Origin: a virus
IMG/VR virus record: IMGVR_UViG_3300022925_002539
Coordinates: 1-64,000 of that record
Strand: one strand, 5' to 3'
Length of the DNA: 64,000 bases
Shown: positions 27,482-37,701 of the stretch, one piece after another
Layout: every line of letters starts with the position of its first letter
Position numbering within the stretch: position 1 is the stretch's first letter
The notes under the pieces: model-generated
Databases searched by the model: none
What the model saw: the letters and a program-made list of their open reading frames with translations, nothing else
Told to the model about the DNA's origin: nothing
Program-made: the position numbers and the translations under genes

Positions 27482-30022
27482 ATGGCGGCTCCAGTATGGA
27501 TCACACCACCAGGCGATTTGGGCACAGTAGTAGAAGGCGAATTCTATCAAATTCAACTTAATGCAGACAATGCAAATAGTTACAAATACCTTAGTGGCGT
27601 TCTTCCTGTAGGTATAAGAGTTACTACAAATGGTGTTATTGAAGGCAATCCTAAAAACTATGATTATATACAGGGTGTGCCAGCAGAAGTAGCAAAAGAC
27701 GTCACTAGTAAATTTGTTGTTAGAGCAGTAAGTTTAGATGGCACAGTTGCAGATCGTGTTTTTGAGATGACTGTCACTGGACAGGATGCTCCCACAATTG
27801 ATTCGACACCTGCAAGTAATTTAGGCGCATACTTAGATGGTGAGTTAGTAGATGTACAACTAACTGCTACAGATCCAGATCCTCTAGATACACTAACTTG
27901 GTCATTACAAAGTGGTCAAATACCTAGTGGTGTTACAGTTTCTAGCACAGGCAGAATTTACGGATATATAGATCCTTTTGCTGATATAGATGGTACACCA
28001 GGTTTTGATGATACAAACTTTGATATGAGTGAGTGGGATTTTAGAACGAAAGCAATAAACAAAAATTATGAATTTACTGTACAAGTTACTGATGGCAAAG
28101 ATGTAGATTTCAAAACATATACGTTATATGCAGTAAGTAGAAACGCCGTTACTGCAGATATGGACTTAGTAACTGCAGATAATATTAATGATTCAAATAC
28201 AAACATTGACATAAGTCAATTATTAGATGCAAGTGAAACAAATTTAAGAGTTCCTGCATTACTAACACAAAGTACAGGACTAGGACGCATCAAAGATAAT
28301 AATGTCTTTAATTTCCAATTTTTAGGCAAAGACTTTGATGGCGATACTATTGATTATATACTTTCAAGCGGATCATTACCAACAGGACTATCTCTTAACA
28401 GTCAAAGTGGCTGGTTAACAGGTACAATTCCAAGTTTTAGTGCTATTGAAACAAATTTTACCTTTGGTATAAAAGTACAAAAACGAGATTTAACAGAATA
28501 TATTAGTACCGAGACAAGTTTTACAATTACTGTTGTAGGATCAGAAGTAAGTAATATTACATGGCCTAGTAACAACTTAACTATAAAGACAGGAGAGCAA
28601 AGTCAACTAGACGTAATTGCTACAATAAGTGATGGGACACCTGTACAATATGAATTAAAAAGTGGTGTTACAACTATACCTGCAGGAAATTTTGTAGTAG
28701 GTGAAGAATATACAATAGTAACTGCCGGTACTACAGATTTTATTGCAATAGGAAGTTTTGATAACAAAGTAGGAACAAAATTTACTGCAACAGGAATAGG
28801 ATCAGGCACAGGTACTGCAAGTTTAGGAACAAACAAACTTCCACAGGGTTTAAAATTAAACAGTGATGGATTTATAGTAGGTAGAGTAAGTTTCGAAACA
28901 TTAATGTTCGATACAGGTACAACTACTTTTGATTTAGAAGATCTATACACAAACGAAACAACATTTGAATCTGTTTATAGTTTTGTAGCAAGAGTATTCA
29001 GTACTGATGGTAGTGTAGATACATATAAAAAGTTTACAATTACACTTACTGCAGATACAGATAGGCCTTATGATAGTGTATATGCACTAGCATTGCCTAG
29101 CCAATCACAAAGAGAAATTTATGAGAGTATAATACAAAATAGTGATGATATCCCTACACAAGATATTTACAGAATAAGTGATTATGCTTTTGGTGTACAA
29201 ACAGATATAAGATCATTAATAATTACAGGACTTACTCCTAGTAATGAAACAGATTATATAAGTGCAATGAATAGAAACTTTTACAATAATACATTACGTT
29301 TTGGAGGGTTTAAAACTGCAAGAGCACTTAATTCAGATGATACTGTAAAATATGAAATAGTATATATAGAATTAGTAGATAATATGCAAGGGGTAAATCC
29401 AACTACAGGACTTAGTGATAGTCCTGCGTTAAGACAGGATCTACGTAGTGCAACTACCTGGACAAATCCATTTCATGTAAGTGAAACAATGCCTGATGTC
29501 AGTCATAGTCAATATCTTGCATCTCAGGACAATATGTACTTTGCTTATCCTAATAGTATAGAAAATATGAGAAGCAGATTAGGAACAGGAATAGGTCATC
29601 AAATATTAGAACGTAAAGTTCTTCCAAATTGGATGCAGGATAAACAGACTGACGATACAGTTTTAGGTTGGACATTGGCAGCACCTGTTGTATATTGTAA
29701 ACCAGGGACTGCAGATAAAATAAAATACAGGTTAGAAGAACGAATTAAAAATGATAATTTAGACATTAAAAAGATAAGTTTTGAAATAGATAGATTTATA
29801 TTAGATAATAACTTATCCAAAAATTTTGATAAAACTTCTAATATGTTTACTTCTACTTCTGAAACTAGTTTTGATGTAACTACAACAGTAACTTCATTTG
29901 ATGGTGATGGTACAAGATTTTTTGCAACAATAGATACGTATACAGACAAAGATGAAGGCGATTTATATATCAAGTTTCCACAAGTTGGAGTTTTTGATAG
30001 GTTGCCTTATACTGAAAGATAA
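27482..30022 (+). CDS. virion structural protein with Ig-like (He_PIG-type) repeats
   Basis: Repeated SG.LP.G..l...G.I.G units; TAAATA at 27453. Confidence 0.75.
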   Translation: MAAPVWITPPGDLGTVVEGEFYQIQLNADNANSYKYLSGVLPVGIRVTTNGVIEGNPKNYDYIQGVPAEVAKDVTSKFVVRAVSLDGTVADRVFEMTVTGQDAPTIDSTPASNLGAYLDGELVDVQLTATDPDPLDTLTWSLQSGQIPSGVTVSSTGRIYGYIDPFADIDGTPGFDDTNFDMSEWDFRTKAINKNYEFTVQVTDGKDVDFKTYTLYAVSRNAVTADMDLVTADNINDSNTNIDISQLLDASETNLRVPALLTQSTGLGRIKDNNVFNFQFLGKDFDGDTIDYILSSGSLPTGLSLNSQSGWLTGTIPSFSAIETNFTFGIKVQKRDLTEYISTETSFTITVVGSEVSNITWPSNNLTIKTGEQSQLDVIATISDGTPVQYELKSGVTTIPAGNFVVGEEYTIVTAGTTDFIAIGSFDNKVGTKFTATGIGSGTGTASLGTNKLPQGLKLNSDGFIVGRVSFETLMFDTGTTTFDLEDLYTNETTFESVYSFVARVFSTDGSVDTYKKFTITLTADTDRPYDSVYALALPSQSQREIYESIIQNSDDIPTQDIYRISDYAFGVQTDIRSLIITGLTPSNETDYISAMNRNFYNNTLRFGGFKTARALNSDDTVKYEIVYIELVDNMQGVNPTTGLSDSPALRQDLRSATTWTNPFHVSETMPDVSHSQYLASQDNMYFAYPNSIENMRSRLGTGIGHQILERKVLPNWMQDKQTDDTVLGWTLAAPVVYCKPGTADKIKYRLEERIKNDNLDIKKISFEIDRFILDNNLSKNFDKTSNMFTSTSETSFDVTTTVTSFDGDGTRFFATIDTYTDKDEGDLYIKFPQVGVFDRLPYTER

Positions 30023-30058
30023 ATATATACATAATTTCCAAGACGGAGAAAAAAGATA

Positions 30059-30787
30059 ATGGCAAGTTCAATTGTAACAACAGGTATTGATACAGCATAT
30101 CCAGTAGCAGGACAGGACAACGATAGTCAAGGCTTTCGTGATAATTTTACAAATTTAAAAACTGCACTTGATACTGCTAAATCAGAGATAACAGACTTAG
30201 AAGCAAAAGCAGTACTAAAGAGTGCGTTAAGTGGAGACTCACTAAGCAACGACGGTGCAGGTGCAGTGCTTGAAGATTTTGAACTTAAAGACATAAGCGA
30301 AACACGTATTGCTAAAGGCACAGTTTCAGGTACTCAAACATTTGATTTTAGTGCAGGCCCGTACCAAACACTTACAACTAGTGGTAGTGTCACTCTAGCA
30401 TTTAGTAACTTTCCTGCTTCAGGAAAAGTTGGTACACTTAGAGTTGAAATAAACGTGGCAAGTGTAGCTCATACTATTACATTACCAAGTGCAGTAGATA
30501 TAGGACAAGATCAATTAATTGGTTCAAATGGTGCTCGTGTAATTACTCCGGATAGAACAGGTGTTCATATATTTGAATTTGTAACTGATGATGCAGGTAC
30601 AAGTATTGCAGTAATAGATTGCCTCAGAAACAATAGAGCCATAGAAGTTAGAACTGCAACTGCTGCAGGCCAAGCTGGTGATGCTGCAGGTGATATTGCC
30701 GCAGATGCTACAAACTTGTATGTTTGTACAGGTACATATGATGGTTCTACAGTTATTTGGAAAAAATTAGTTCTACAAGCAATTTAA
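30059..30787 (+). CDS. tail-associated structural protein
   Basis: YPVAGQDNDSQGFRDNF N-terminus; TAAATA at 30020. Confidence 0.65.
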   Translation: MASSIVTTGIDTAYPVAGQDNDSQGFRDNFTNLKTALDTAKSEITDLEAKAVLKSALSGDSLSNDGAGAVLEDFELKDISETRIAKGTVSGTQTFDFSAGPYQTLTTSGSVTLAFSNFPASGKVGTLRVEINVASVAHTITLPSAVDIGQDQLIGSNGARVITPDRTGVHIFEFVTDDAGTSIAVIDCLRNNRAIEVRTATAAGQAGDAAGDIAADATNLYVCTGTYDGSTVIWKKLVLQAI

Positions 30788-30790
30788 CAG

Positions 30791-30818
30791 TTGACTATTA
30801 AATTATATCTGCTATAAT
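30791..30818 (+). promoter_or_regulatory. sigma70-like promoter
   Basis: TTGACT-N16-TATAAT with extended -10 TG. Confidence 0.65.
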
Positions 30819-30842
30819 ATAAACTTATTATTAGAGGTATAA

Positions 30843-31250
30843 ATGAAACAAATCGATTTAAACAAATACAAAGAATTCGTACAAGCAGTTACAAGTGCTG
30901 AATCCAACAATGTGGGTGACATGAAAACTGCGGTAGACAATCTTGAAGACAGTGGTGTAAATGTAAGTTTACTACTGACTGGTGCAGTAGGTATCAGTGC
31001 AGAAGGTGGTGAGTTTATGGAAATTGTAAAGAAGTGTATATTTCAAGGCAAACCACTTAACGAAGAAACACAGTATCATGCTAAAAGAGAACTAGGTGAT
31101 ATTATGTGGTATTGGATAAATTCATGCCGTGCATTGAATCTTGATCCAAACGAAGTAATAGCAGAAAATGTTAAAAAGTTAGAAGCACGTTACCCAGGTG
31201 GTAGTTTTGATGCTTTCTATAGTGAGAATAGAAAAGACGGAGATTTATAA
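30843..31250 (+). CDS. mazG: MazG-like NTP pyrophosphohydrolase
   Basis: AEGGEFMEIVKK, RELGDIMWY, N..KL..RYP. Confidence 0.88.
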   Translation: MKQIDLNKYKEFVQAVTSAESNNVGDMKTAVDNLEDSGVNVSLLLTGAVGISAEGGEFMEIVKKCIFQGKPLNEETQYHAKRELGDIMWYWINSCRALNLDPNEVIAENVKKLEARYPGGSFDAFYSENRKDGDL

Positions 31251-31933
31251 TGAATAGATCAGCATATGCGACAACTAGTTATCAGTATGATGAAGGTTTA
31301 CGTAAATTTATGTTGAATATGTTTAACCACACTGCTATGGGATTAGCAGTAAGTGGTGTTGTTGCTTATTTTGTTTATGCAACAGGATTAGTATACTCAT
31401 TAATGAGTGGTCCACTAGCATGGGTAGTAATGTTAGCACCATTGGGTATGATTTTTTGGTATAGTTTTGCAGGACGTAATTGGGAACTATCTACTACAAA
31501 GAACTTTTACTATGCATTTACTGCCGTAATGGGTATAGGATTAAGTGCATTATTTGCAGTTTATACTGCCTATAGTTTAGTTCAAGTTTTCTTCATTACA
31601 AGTGCAACTTTTGCTGGTGCAAGTATATATGGATATAGTACTAAAAAAGATCTAACTTCAATGGGTAGTTTTTTAATAATAGGACTAATTGGAATAATAA
31701 TTGCTAGTATTGTAAATATCTTCTTAGCAAGCAGTGGATTACATTTTGCAATTAGTATTATTGGTGTACTTATATTTACAGGTTTGACTGCCTGGGACAC
31801 ACAAAGAGCTAAACAAATTTATAACGAATGTGGTGGCGATGAAAGATACGGAGTACAGTTTGCATTAAGTTTATATCTTAATTTTATCAACTTATTCCAA
31901 ATGTTATTAGCACTACTAGGAAATAGAGAATAG
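31250..31933 (+). CDS. Bax inhibitor-1/YccA family membrane protein
   Basis: Seven TM segments, TKKDL, GLTAWDTQ, ALSLYLNFINLF. Confidence 0.92.
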   Translation: MNRSAYATTSYQYDEGLRKFMLNMFNHTAMGLAVSGVVAYFVYATGLVYSLMSGPLAWVVMLAPLGMIFWYSFAGRNWELSTTKNFYYAFTAVMGIGLSALFAVYTAYSLVQVFFITSATFAGASIYGYSTKKDLTSMGSFLIIGLIGIIIASIVNIFLASSGLHFAISIIGVLIFTGLTAWDTQRAKQIYNECGGDERYGVQFALSLYLNFINLFQMLLALLGNRE

Positions 31934-31936
31934 TAT

Positions 31937-32110
31937 TTGCTTACAACAAAAGATCATTGGGTTTGTGGAATATTTGCATTATTAATGTATATAAGTCTTA
32001 AGATTACACTAAGTCCTACAGTATTAAGTTTATTTGGTGCATTTTTATTATATTGGAATTGGAGATCTTTTTTAATGTATTGTGAAAAAAGAAGGGTAGG
32101 TGAAATGTGA
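31937..32110 (+). CDS. small membrane protein (57 aa)
   Basis: Not in track; TTG start; two hydrophobic segments; stop overlaps next start. Confidence 0.45.
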   Translation: MLTTKDHWVCGIFALLMYISLKITLSPTVLSLFGAFLLYWNWRSFLMYCEKRRVGEM

Positions 32111-32352
32111 ACCATCCACTAACTCCTAATGTTTTTGAATTATCAGACAGTGATTTAACAAAGAAGATAAATGAACTAAACAAACGTTTAGTATGGGCAC
32201 ATACTAGTGGCCATGGACATGTTGTAAATCAAATACATATGATGTTAGATGATTACAAAGCAGAACAACAACGTAGAGAACACGAAAGATACGAAAAATT
32301 AAACAATAAAGATAACAAAGGCAAAGACTGGGACTCGTTAATCGATGTATAA
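32107..32352 (+). CDS. hypothetical protein
   Basis: ORF track. Confidence 0.6.
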   Translation: MNHPLTPNVFELSDSDLTKKINELNKRLVWAHTSGHGHVVNQIHMMLDDYKAEQQRREHERYEKLNNKDNKGKDWDSLIDV

Positions 32353-32355
32353 TCA

Positions 32356-32994
32356 ATGATAATAATAAAAGAAACTTTCAACAGTACTTGTGTACTAGAG
32401 GATTATTTACTTCCTAATACATGGAATATAGAAATTAAAGCTCATCCTAATGGACAAAAAGACAAAGATTTTTTTACAAAAGCAGTAGAACGTATACAAT
32501 ACTATATTTTTGATGTTTTAGAGAACAGTATTTTTGTTTCATATAAAAATTTACAACTACTTAACAACATTCCACTTAGAGCACAGGTTCATGTTTTTCC
32601 AGACGAACCCTGGGACCATATGGTAGCAATGTGTTTGTATACTAAACTTACTGCAATTTGTGAAGAAGTACTTTTTATAGAGAGTATTACAGTCAATAGT
32701 CTACAAAGTAGAACAGTAAGCCATAATTTTGGTGATCAGGATGGAGGAGGACAAGTGCTTCATGAGTTATTTAAAGATAATGAAGAAGCTCTTGACATTA
32801 TCACACATTGGTACAAACCCCATCCTCAGGTATTACTATTACAAGAAGGACTTAAACTAGTTGAACAAAGTTGGGAAGATTCAGATATTGACATTAAGTA
32901 TGAAAAGAGTGTAGACTTAGTTGAAGGTAAAGTAATAGATTTAAAACAATACAAAAAGAAGCCACCTGATAAAGACAATGACAATAATGCTTGA
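32356..32994 (+). CDS. hypothetical protein
   Basis: ORF track; overlaps the DnaE fragment gene. Confidence 0.65.
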   Translation: MIIIKETFNSTCVLEDYLLPNTWNIEIKAHPNGQKDKDFFTKAVERIQYYIFDVLENSIFVSYKNLQLLNNIPLRAQVHVFPDEPWDHMVAMCLYTKLTAICEEVLFIESITVNSLQSRTVSHNFGDQDGGGQVLHELFKDNEEALDIITHWYKPHPQVLLLQEGLKLVEQSWEDSDIDIKYEKSVDLVEGKVIDLKQYKKKPPDKDNDNNA

Positions 32995-33493
32995 TAACTA
33001 TTCAAGACAAATATTAGATGAAGATCAAGCAGTTGAGATGCTATATGCAAATCCTCAACTAGATATTAGTAATCTATGTTTACAAGACGTATCTAAGTTT
33101 AATAACGCCTGTAATAAACTACACTATAATACTATGCTTAAACAATTGGGCGAGTTAGATATAGATGTACAACGGTTCCATAAACAAAATCAAGACGATT
33201 GGAACATGCCTGACAAATACAAAAATTTAGATATTGCAAAATATCTATTGGATTTGTGTAAAACTGACGTAGAGCTACAACGTGTAGGCAAAGAGCTATT
33301 ACTTTATCAACAAAGAGATATGTTTAAATTATTATGCTTTTTGGTATATCTAGTGGACACAATGAGAGATAATGACGTTGTCTGGGGTGTAGGCAGAGGA
33401 TCAAGTGTAGCAAGTTACGTGCTTTATCTAATAGGTGTTCATAAAATAGATAGCATTTATTATGATTTAGATGTTGACGAATTTTTAAGATAA
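32978..33493 (+). CDS. DNA polymerase III alpha (DnaE) fragment
   Basis: RV..EL, L.YLVD.MR...V.WGVGRGSSVASYVLYLIGVHKID. Confidence 0.8.
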   Translation: MTIMLDNYSRQILDEDQAVEMLYANPQLDISNLCLQDVSKFNNACNKLHYNTMLKQLGELDIDVQRFHKQNQDDWNMPDKYKNLDIAKYLLDLCKTDVELQRVGKELLLYQQRDMFKLLCFLVYLVDTMRDNDVVWGVGRGSSVASYVLYLIGVHKIDSIYYDLDVDEFLR

Positions 33494-33527
33494 GTATATA
33501 ATATACGTATATAATTAGGAGACTAAA

Positions 33528-34103
33528 ATGGCAAGAAAGCCGGGTAGAACATATAGAACATCAAGTGGCAAGAGTGTAGACTTTGGTGCATTATTACTTG
33601 CAAACGAAACTGCTCCTGCAATAGGAAATATGAATGTAAATGCACGTGGTGACGAAATAGATCCTGCAGGCAACATTGTAAAGAGTCGTGAACAAATTAT
33701 GCGAGAATACAATGAATTAAATACTATGGTGCCAAGTGATAGTGCCATTCCAGAAGGAACAGGTATTACTGCTGACGATGATTGGCAAGATTGGACTCCG
33801 CCACAAACTGTAAAAACAGAACCTGCTCCTATACAACCAACAGTTCCTACTCCTCCACCACCACCTCCTCCAGTACAACCTACTCCAACACCAGTTGAAG
33901 AACCTACTCCAACAGTTCAAGGAACAAACGTAGGACAAATGGTAGAAAACAATCCTGATAGAGTAATAGATAATACTTCAAAAACTAAAGTACCCTCAGG
34001 CGGACTAGCTGCAGCAGTGGCGGCGGCTAAAGAGGTAGATAATAAAGTACAAGAATCACAAACTACAAAAACACTTAACACCCCAGGTGTAAAGAGGATA
34101 TAA
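33528..34103 (+). CDS. hypothetical protein with Pro/Thr-rich linker
   Basis: AIGNMNVNARGDEI motif; PTPPPPPPP low-complexity tract. Confidence 0.7.
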   Translation: MARKPGRTYRTSSGKSVDFGALLLANETAPAIGNMNVNARGDEIDPAGNIVKSREQIMREYNELNTMVPSDSAIPEGTGITADDDWQDWTPPQTVKTEPAPIQPTVPTPPPPPPPVQPTPTPVEEPTPTVQGTNVGQMVENNPDRVIDNTSKTKVPSGGLAAAVAAAKEVDNKVQESQTTKTLNTPGVKRI

Positions 34104-34309
34104 TGGCAGTAAAAAAGAATAAAGACAGTAAAGCATGGATGGTTCCAGAAGGTGAGACTAGAGACAATGCAACTCATCATTTTATTCATCGTAAAAGTAT
34201 TAGTATGATACGTGAAGGTAAAAAACTAAGAATGAAAAAGTATCATCCTGGATTACGTAAGCATGTTTGGTTTATAGAAACAAAAATGCCACCACACAAT
34301 AAGAACTAG
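34103..34309 (+). CDS. rpmG: ribosomal protein bL33-like
   Basis: KKLRMKKYHPGLRKHVWFIETK matches the bL33 C-terminus KLE.KKYDP..RKHV.F.E.K. Confidence 0.7.
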   Translation: MAVKKNKDSKAWMVPEGETRDNATHHFIHRKSISMIREGKKLRMKKYHPGLRKHVWFIETKMPPHNKN

Positions 34310-34318
34310 GAGTAATTA

Positions 34319-34702
34319 ATGATAACAAAAACTACAGGTACATTTAAGCCTCTTAGAGATGGAATACTTGTAAACAACATGGAATTTGGTGAACAACGTA
34401 CTGAAGGCGGAATCATTATATTAAGTGATGACGGGAAGTCAGGCGGTATTCATCCTCGTTGGGGTAAAGTAATTGCAATTGGACCTGAACAACAAGATGT
34501 TAGTGTAGGACAATACGTATTAGTTGCTCATGGACGTTGGAGTCGTGGGTTTGAACTAAATGGTGAAACTGTTAGAACAGTGGATCCAAATGATGTGTTA
34601 GGTATACAAGACGAAGAACCACAAAGCATCTATAAAGCAAGTGCTGGTCACCAAACACAAGAGTATCAAGGTAAAGTTAGTGTAGGAAAACTGGAGGTAT
34701 AA
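34319..34702 (+). CDS. groES: co-chaperonin GroES-like
   Basis: KPLRD.ILV, T.GGIII mobile loop, GKVIAIGP, VSVG..VL. Confidence 0.85.
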   Translation: MITKTTGTFKPLRDGILVNNMEFGEQRTEGGIIILSDDGKSGGIHPRWGKVIAIGPEQQDVSVGQYVLVAHGRWSRGFELNGETVRTVDPNDVLGIQDEEPQSIYKASAGHQTQEYQGKVSVGKLEV

Positions 34703-34882
34703 ATGAACCACTTGATGACAAAAGCAGAAGAATGGCGTAAACATTCTTTAGCAATGCAAGAAGAAAATCGATTATTAAGACATGACGTAAAGGAACTGCA
34801 AGATCAAGTTTATAGTTTATATAGGCGTATTGCAGAATTAACAAATGGTAATATGGAACGGAACACATCTGATAGGGACTAG
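34703..34882 (+). CDS. small coiled-coil protein (59 aa)
   Basis: Not in track; GGAGG SD. Confidence 0.5.
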   Translation: MNHLMTKAEEWRKHSLAMQEENRLLRHDVKELQDQVYSLYRRIAELTNGNMERNTSDRD

Positions 34883-35384
34883 TCCTAAATGTGCTAGAAG
34901 AAGTATCATTAATTGGGGTGAAGCAAATGGCTTTGTACAATTAGGTGATGCAGATGTTAAAAAAATTGAAAATGCAGATGCAATTTATCTTGTACGAAAT
35001 CCTAATGGTAGATTACCTAAACAGATACAAACAGTAACAAAAAGATTTGCAACTGCACATGGTAAAGAACTATTATCTGAATGGAATGATACTGAAGAAC
35101 TAATGACTGAAACACTGGAAGATGAACCTAAAGATTGGTATAATATAAATCCAGTGCATCTACAAACACAAACTAGTGCAAGTGAACGTTATAAGAATAT
35201 CAATTGGAAGTTTATAAAATTAGATGACTTTAGCAATTGGGCAGTAAAAAATGGATATGAAAAATTTGAACTATATCCAGAAAATGCTGATCCAGAACTA
35301 ATTGCACTGATAACACTATTCATTGAAGAGTCTGGTGTTGAATCTTTATACAAAGAAGATTTTGACCTTTACGAAAAAATATAA
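34845..35384 (+). CDS. sulfotransferase-like hypothetical protein
   Basis: PKCA.RSI and VRNP..R motifs. Confidence 0.4.
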   Translation: MVIWNGTHLIGTSPKCARRSIINWGEANGFVQLGDADVKKIENADAIYLVRNPNGRLPKQIQTVTKRFATAHGKELLSEWNDTEELMTETLEDEPKDWYNINPVHLQTQTSASERYKNINWKFIKLDDFSNWAVKNGYEKFELYPENADPELIALITLFIEESGVESLYKEDFDLYEKI

Positions 35385-35390
35385 TATAAT
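35362..35390 (+). promoter_or_regulatory. sigma70-like promoter
   Basis: TTGACC-N17-TATAAT, 6 nt before ATG 35397. Confidence 0.65.
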
Positions 35391-35396
35391 AGGTAT

Positions 35397-36320
35397 ATGA
35401 TGAAAGAACTATGGACTGAAAAGTATCGCCCTAAAACTATTGCTGACTATGTGTTCAGAGATGATGCACAACGTAAACAAGTACAAGGTTGGGTAGATAG
35501 TAAGGCAATACCTCATTTATTGTTTAGTGGTGCACCTGGTACAGGTAAAACTACACTAGCAAAAGTTTTAATAAACATGCTAGATATAGATGAATATGAT
35601 GTACTGGAAATAAATGCTAGTCGTGAAAATAGTGTTGAAAATGTAAGAGATAAAATTACAAACTTTGTACAAACAATGCCTTTTGGTGAATTTAAAGTTG
35701 TACTATTAGATGAAGCAGATTATATATCACCTAATGGTCAGGCGGCATTACGTGGTGTTATGGAGACATATGCAAGTAGCAGTAGATTTATACTAACTTG
35801 TAATTACCCTAATAAAATAATACCTGCACTCCATAGCAGGTGTCAAGGCTTTCATATTGAAAAGATTGATCACACAGAGTTTACTGCGAGAATTGCAACA
35901 GTATGTGTTGAAGAAGGTGTTGAGATAGATATTGATACACTGGACAGTTATGTAAAAGCAACGTATCCTGACTTACGTAAATGCTTGAACTTATGTCAAA
36001 TGAATACTGTTGATGGTAAACTTATAAAGCCAAACGAGGGAGACAGTGCGACTGCTGATTATAAACTTGCAGTAGTTGATTTGTTCAAGCAAGGCAAAAT
36101 ATTAGAAGCTCGTAAAATGTTATGTAGTCAGGTGCGTCCAGAAGAAATGGATGAACTGTTTAGATGGATGTATGACAATTTGCAACTGTGGGGAGAGACA
36201 CAAGAACAACAGGATGCTGCAATACTAATTATTGCAAAAGGTCTAAGAAACATTCCAATGGTTGCAGATCAGGAAATAAACTTATCTGCAACATTAGTAG
36301 AATTAAGTCAGATTAATTAG
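35397..36320 (+). CDS. clamp loader AAA+ subunit (RFC small / T4 gp44-like)
   Basis: LWTEKYRP, GAPGTGKTT, EINAS, LLDEAD, HSRC. Confidence 0.95.
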   Translation: MMKELWTEKYRPKTIADYVFRDDAQRKQVQGWVDSKAIPHLLFSGAPGTGKTTLAKVLINMLDIDEYDVLEINASRENSVENVRDKITNFVQTMPFGEFKVVLLDEADYISPNGQAALRGVMETYASSSRFILTCNYPNKIIPALHSRCQGFHIEKIDHTEFTARIATVCVEEGVEIDIDTLDSYVKATYPDLRKCLNLCQMNTVDGKLIKPNEGDSATADYKLAVVDLFKQGKILEARKMLCSQVRPEEMDELFRWMYDNLQLWGETQEQQDAAILIIAKGLRNIPMVADQEINLSATLVELSQIN

Positions 36321-36943
36321 CCTCTATCCTTACACATAAAACGTACCATTATACTTCTACGTAAGTCACATTCTATTTCATCACAACTGTGCCAACTAGT
36401 TGCATCAACTCTCATTAACCAGGATAAATTAGGTCTAAAAGGAAACCTTTTTATTTCGTTTCCGTGTTCATCATTTATGCTAGTTCCCCAGCGTTCTCCG
36501 CCATCACAATAAACATATGATTGCCAAGCAACACTTATAGTATAACCATCATAATGGTTCTTTACACCATATCCTCTATAATCTTCCCATAGGCTACTTG
36601 TTGTTCCAGAGCAATTATTTTCTAAACTTTCCAAACTATATACTGCATCTATTATATCAGGATGATCAATTATGTTTTTATAATAGTCCTGCCAAAAAGG
36701 CAAATCACGTCTAGTTTCTAAAGGTGTGTATTTTCTGTTTTGATTGAAACCGTCTGGATTTTTATTGTAATCTATACTCTTAAAATCTGGCCATTGTTGT
36801 TCTACAAGAGCAAAAAGTTCAGGATGTAGTGTATTTTCAATTACAACATGCCAATAAGGTTCCCAATCAACAGTACTATTACGTATACGGTCTACAGTAT
36901 ATTCTCTAAATCTTTTCCAATTATAGGTTGACAAGTTGTTCAT
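36317..36943 (-). CDS. 2OG-Fe(II) oxygenase
   Basis: HYD...WHS...R facial-triad pattern. Confidence 0.65.
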   Translation of the reverse strand: MNNLSTYNWKRFREYTVDRIRNSTVDWEPYWHVVIENTLHPELFALVEQQWPDFKSIDYNKNPDGFNQNRKYTPLETRRDLPFWQDYYKNIIDHPDIIDAVYSLESLENNCSGTTSSLWEDYRGYGVKNHYDGYTISVAWQSYVYCDGGERWGTSINDEHGNEIKRFPFRPNLSWLMRVDATSWHSCDEIECDLRRSIMVRFMCKDRG

Positions 36944-36991
36944 CTATGTTATTATGTAAGTATAAAGTATTTAACTAGGAGGACCAAGCAG

Positions 36992-37657
36992 ATGAAGAAA
37001 TTCGATACTATTTTTGATATTAAAACTGTAATGACTTATGCAGTGGCTGCATTTAAGCAAAATAACGAAAAATATGTTACAGATGGACCTGCTAGTAATA
37101 AAATTATAATACAGAGTCATTTAGGACTATTAGATGATTTTAGAATGGCATTTGTGGATTTTGTTGCTGAAGACTGTGCAGAACTTGCAGATAAAGTTAT
37201 TACATATTACAAAGGATTAACTTTTAAAGCACTGGGTGGTAAAATAAATGAGTTTGAGCAACGTGTTCTCAATGTAATTAACACTGGTGAAGTTACAATG
37301 CGAGATATAGGTGTTGTAGCAAGTTTACCTAAAGCCTATTTTAGAAGTATTAAGAGAGATGCTACAGATCAAACTATAAGAAGTTTAAGTGTTAACAGTA
37401 CATTTGTAGGTGTAGTAAATCAAGATTTCACAGGTACACTAAATGTGCTTAATTGTAGTTTTATACAGAGTTTACAATGTCATGTTGTCAATGGAGAGAT
37501 AGATGGTAACTTAGTTTGCTTCTTTACAAAACATCCTGCTGAACATTGGGGTACCAGTTGTAAAATAAAAGGCAAAGTAAAAAGACATCAGAAGAGTAAG
37601 TTTCATAGAGGCAATGAAACTGTATTAAATTATGTTAAAACAGTTGACAAAGCATAA
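36992..37657 (+). CDS. hypothetical protein with OB-fold-like C-terminus
   Basis: IKGKVKRH...ETVLNYVK; sigma70 promoter at 36928-36955. Confidence 0.55.
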   Translation: MKKFDTIFDIKTVMTYAVAAFKQNNEKYVTDGPASNKIIIQSHLGLLDDFRMAFVDFVAEDCAELADKVITYYKGLTFKALGGKINEFEQRVLNVINTGEVTMRDIGVVASLPKAYFRSIKRDATDQTIRSLSVNSTFVGVVNQDFTGTLNVLNCSFIQSLQCHVVNGEIDGNLVCFFTKHPAEHWGTSCKIKGKVKRHQKSKFHRGNETVLNYVKTVDKA

Positions 37658-37701
37658 TAAGACACTACTATTAAACTTTAACAAACCTAAAGGAAAATAA
37701 A

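Noticed and set aside
23776-29973. Numerous 90-130 aa minus-strand ORFs opposite the tail genes (similar ones opposite clpA and tctA)
   Set aside because: Antisense shadows of biased codon usage, with no SD or recognisable motifs.
33820-33915. CCA/CCT-rich repeat tract
   Set aside because: Explained by a Pro/Thr-rich protein linker.
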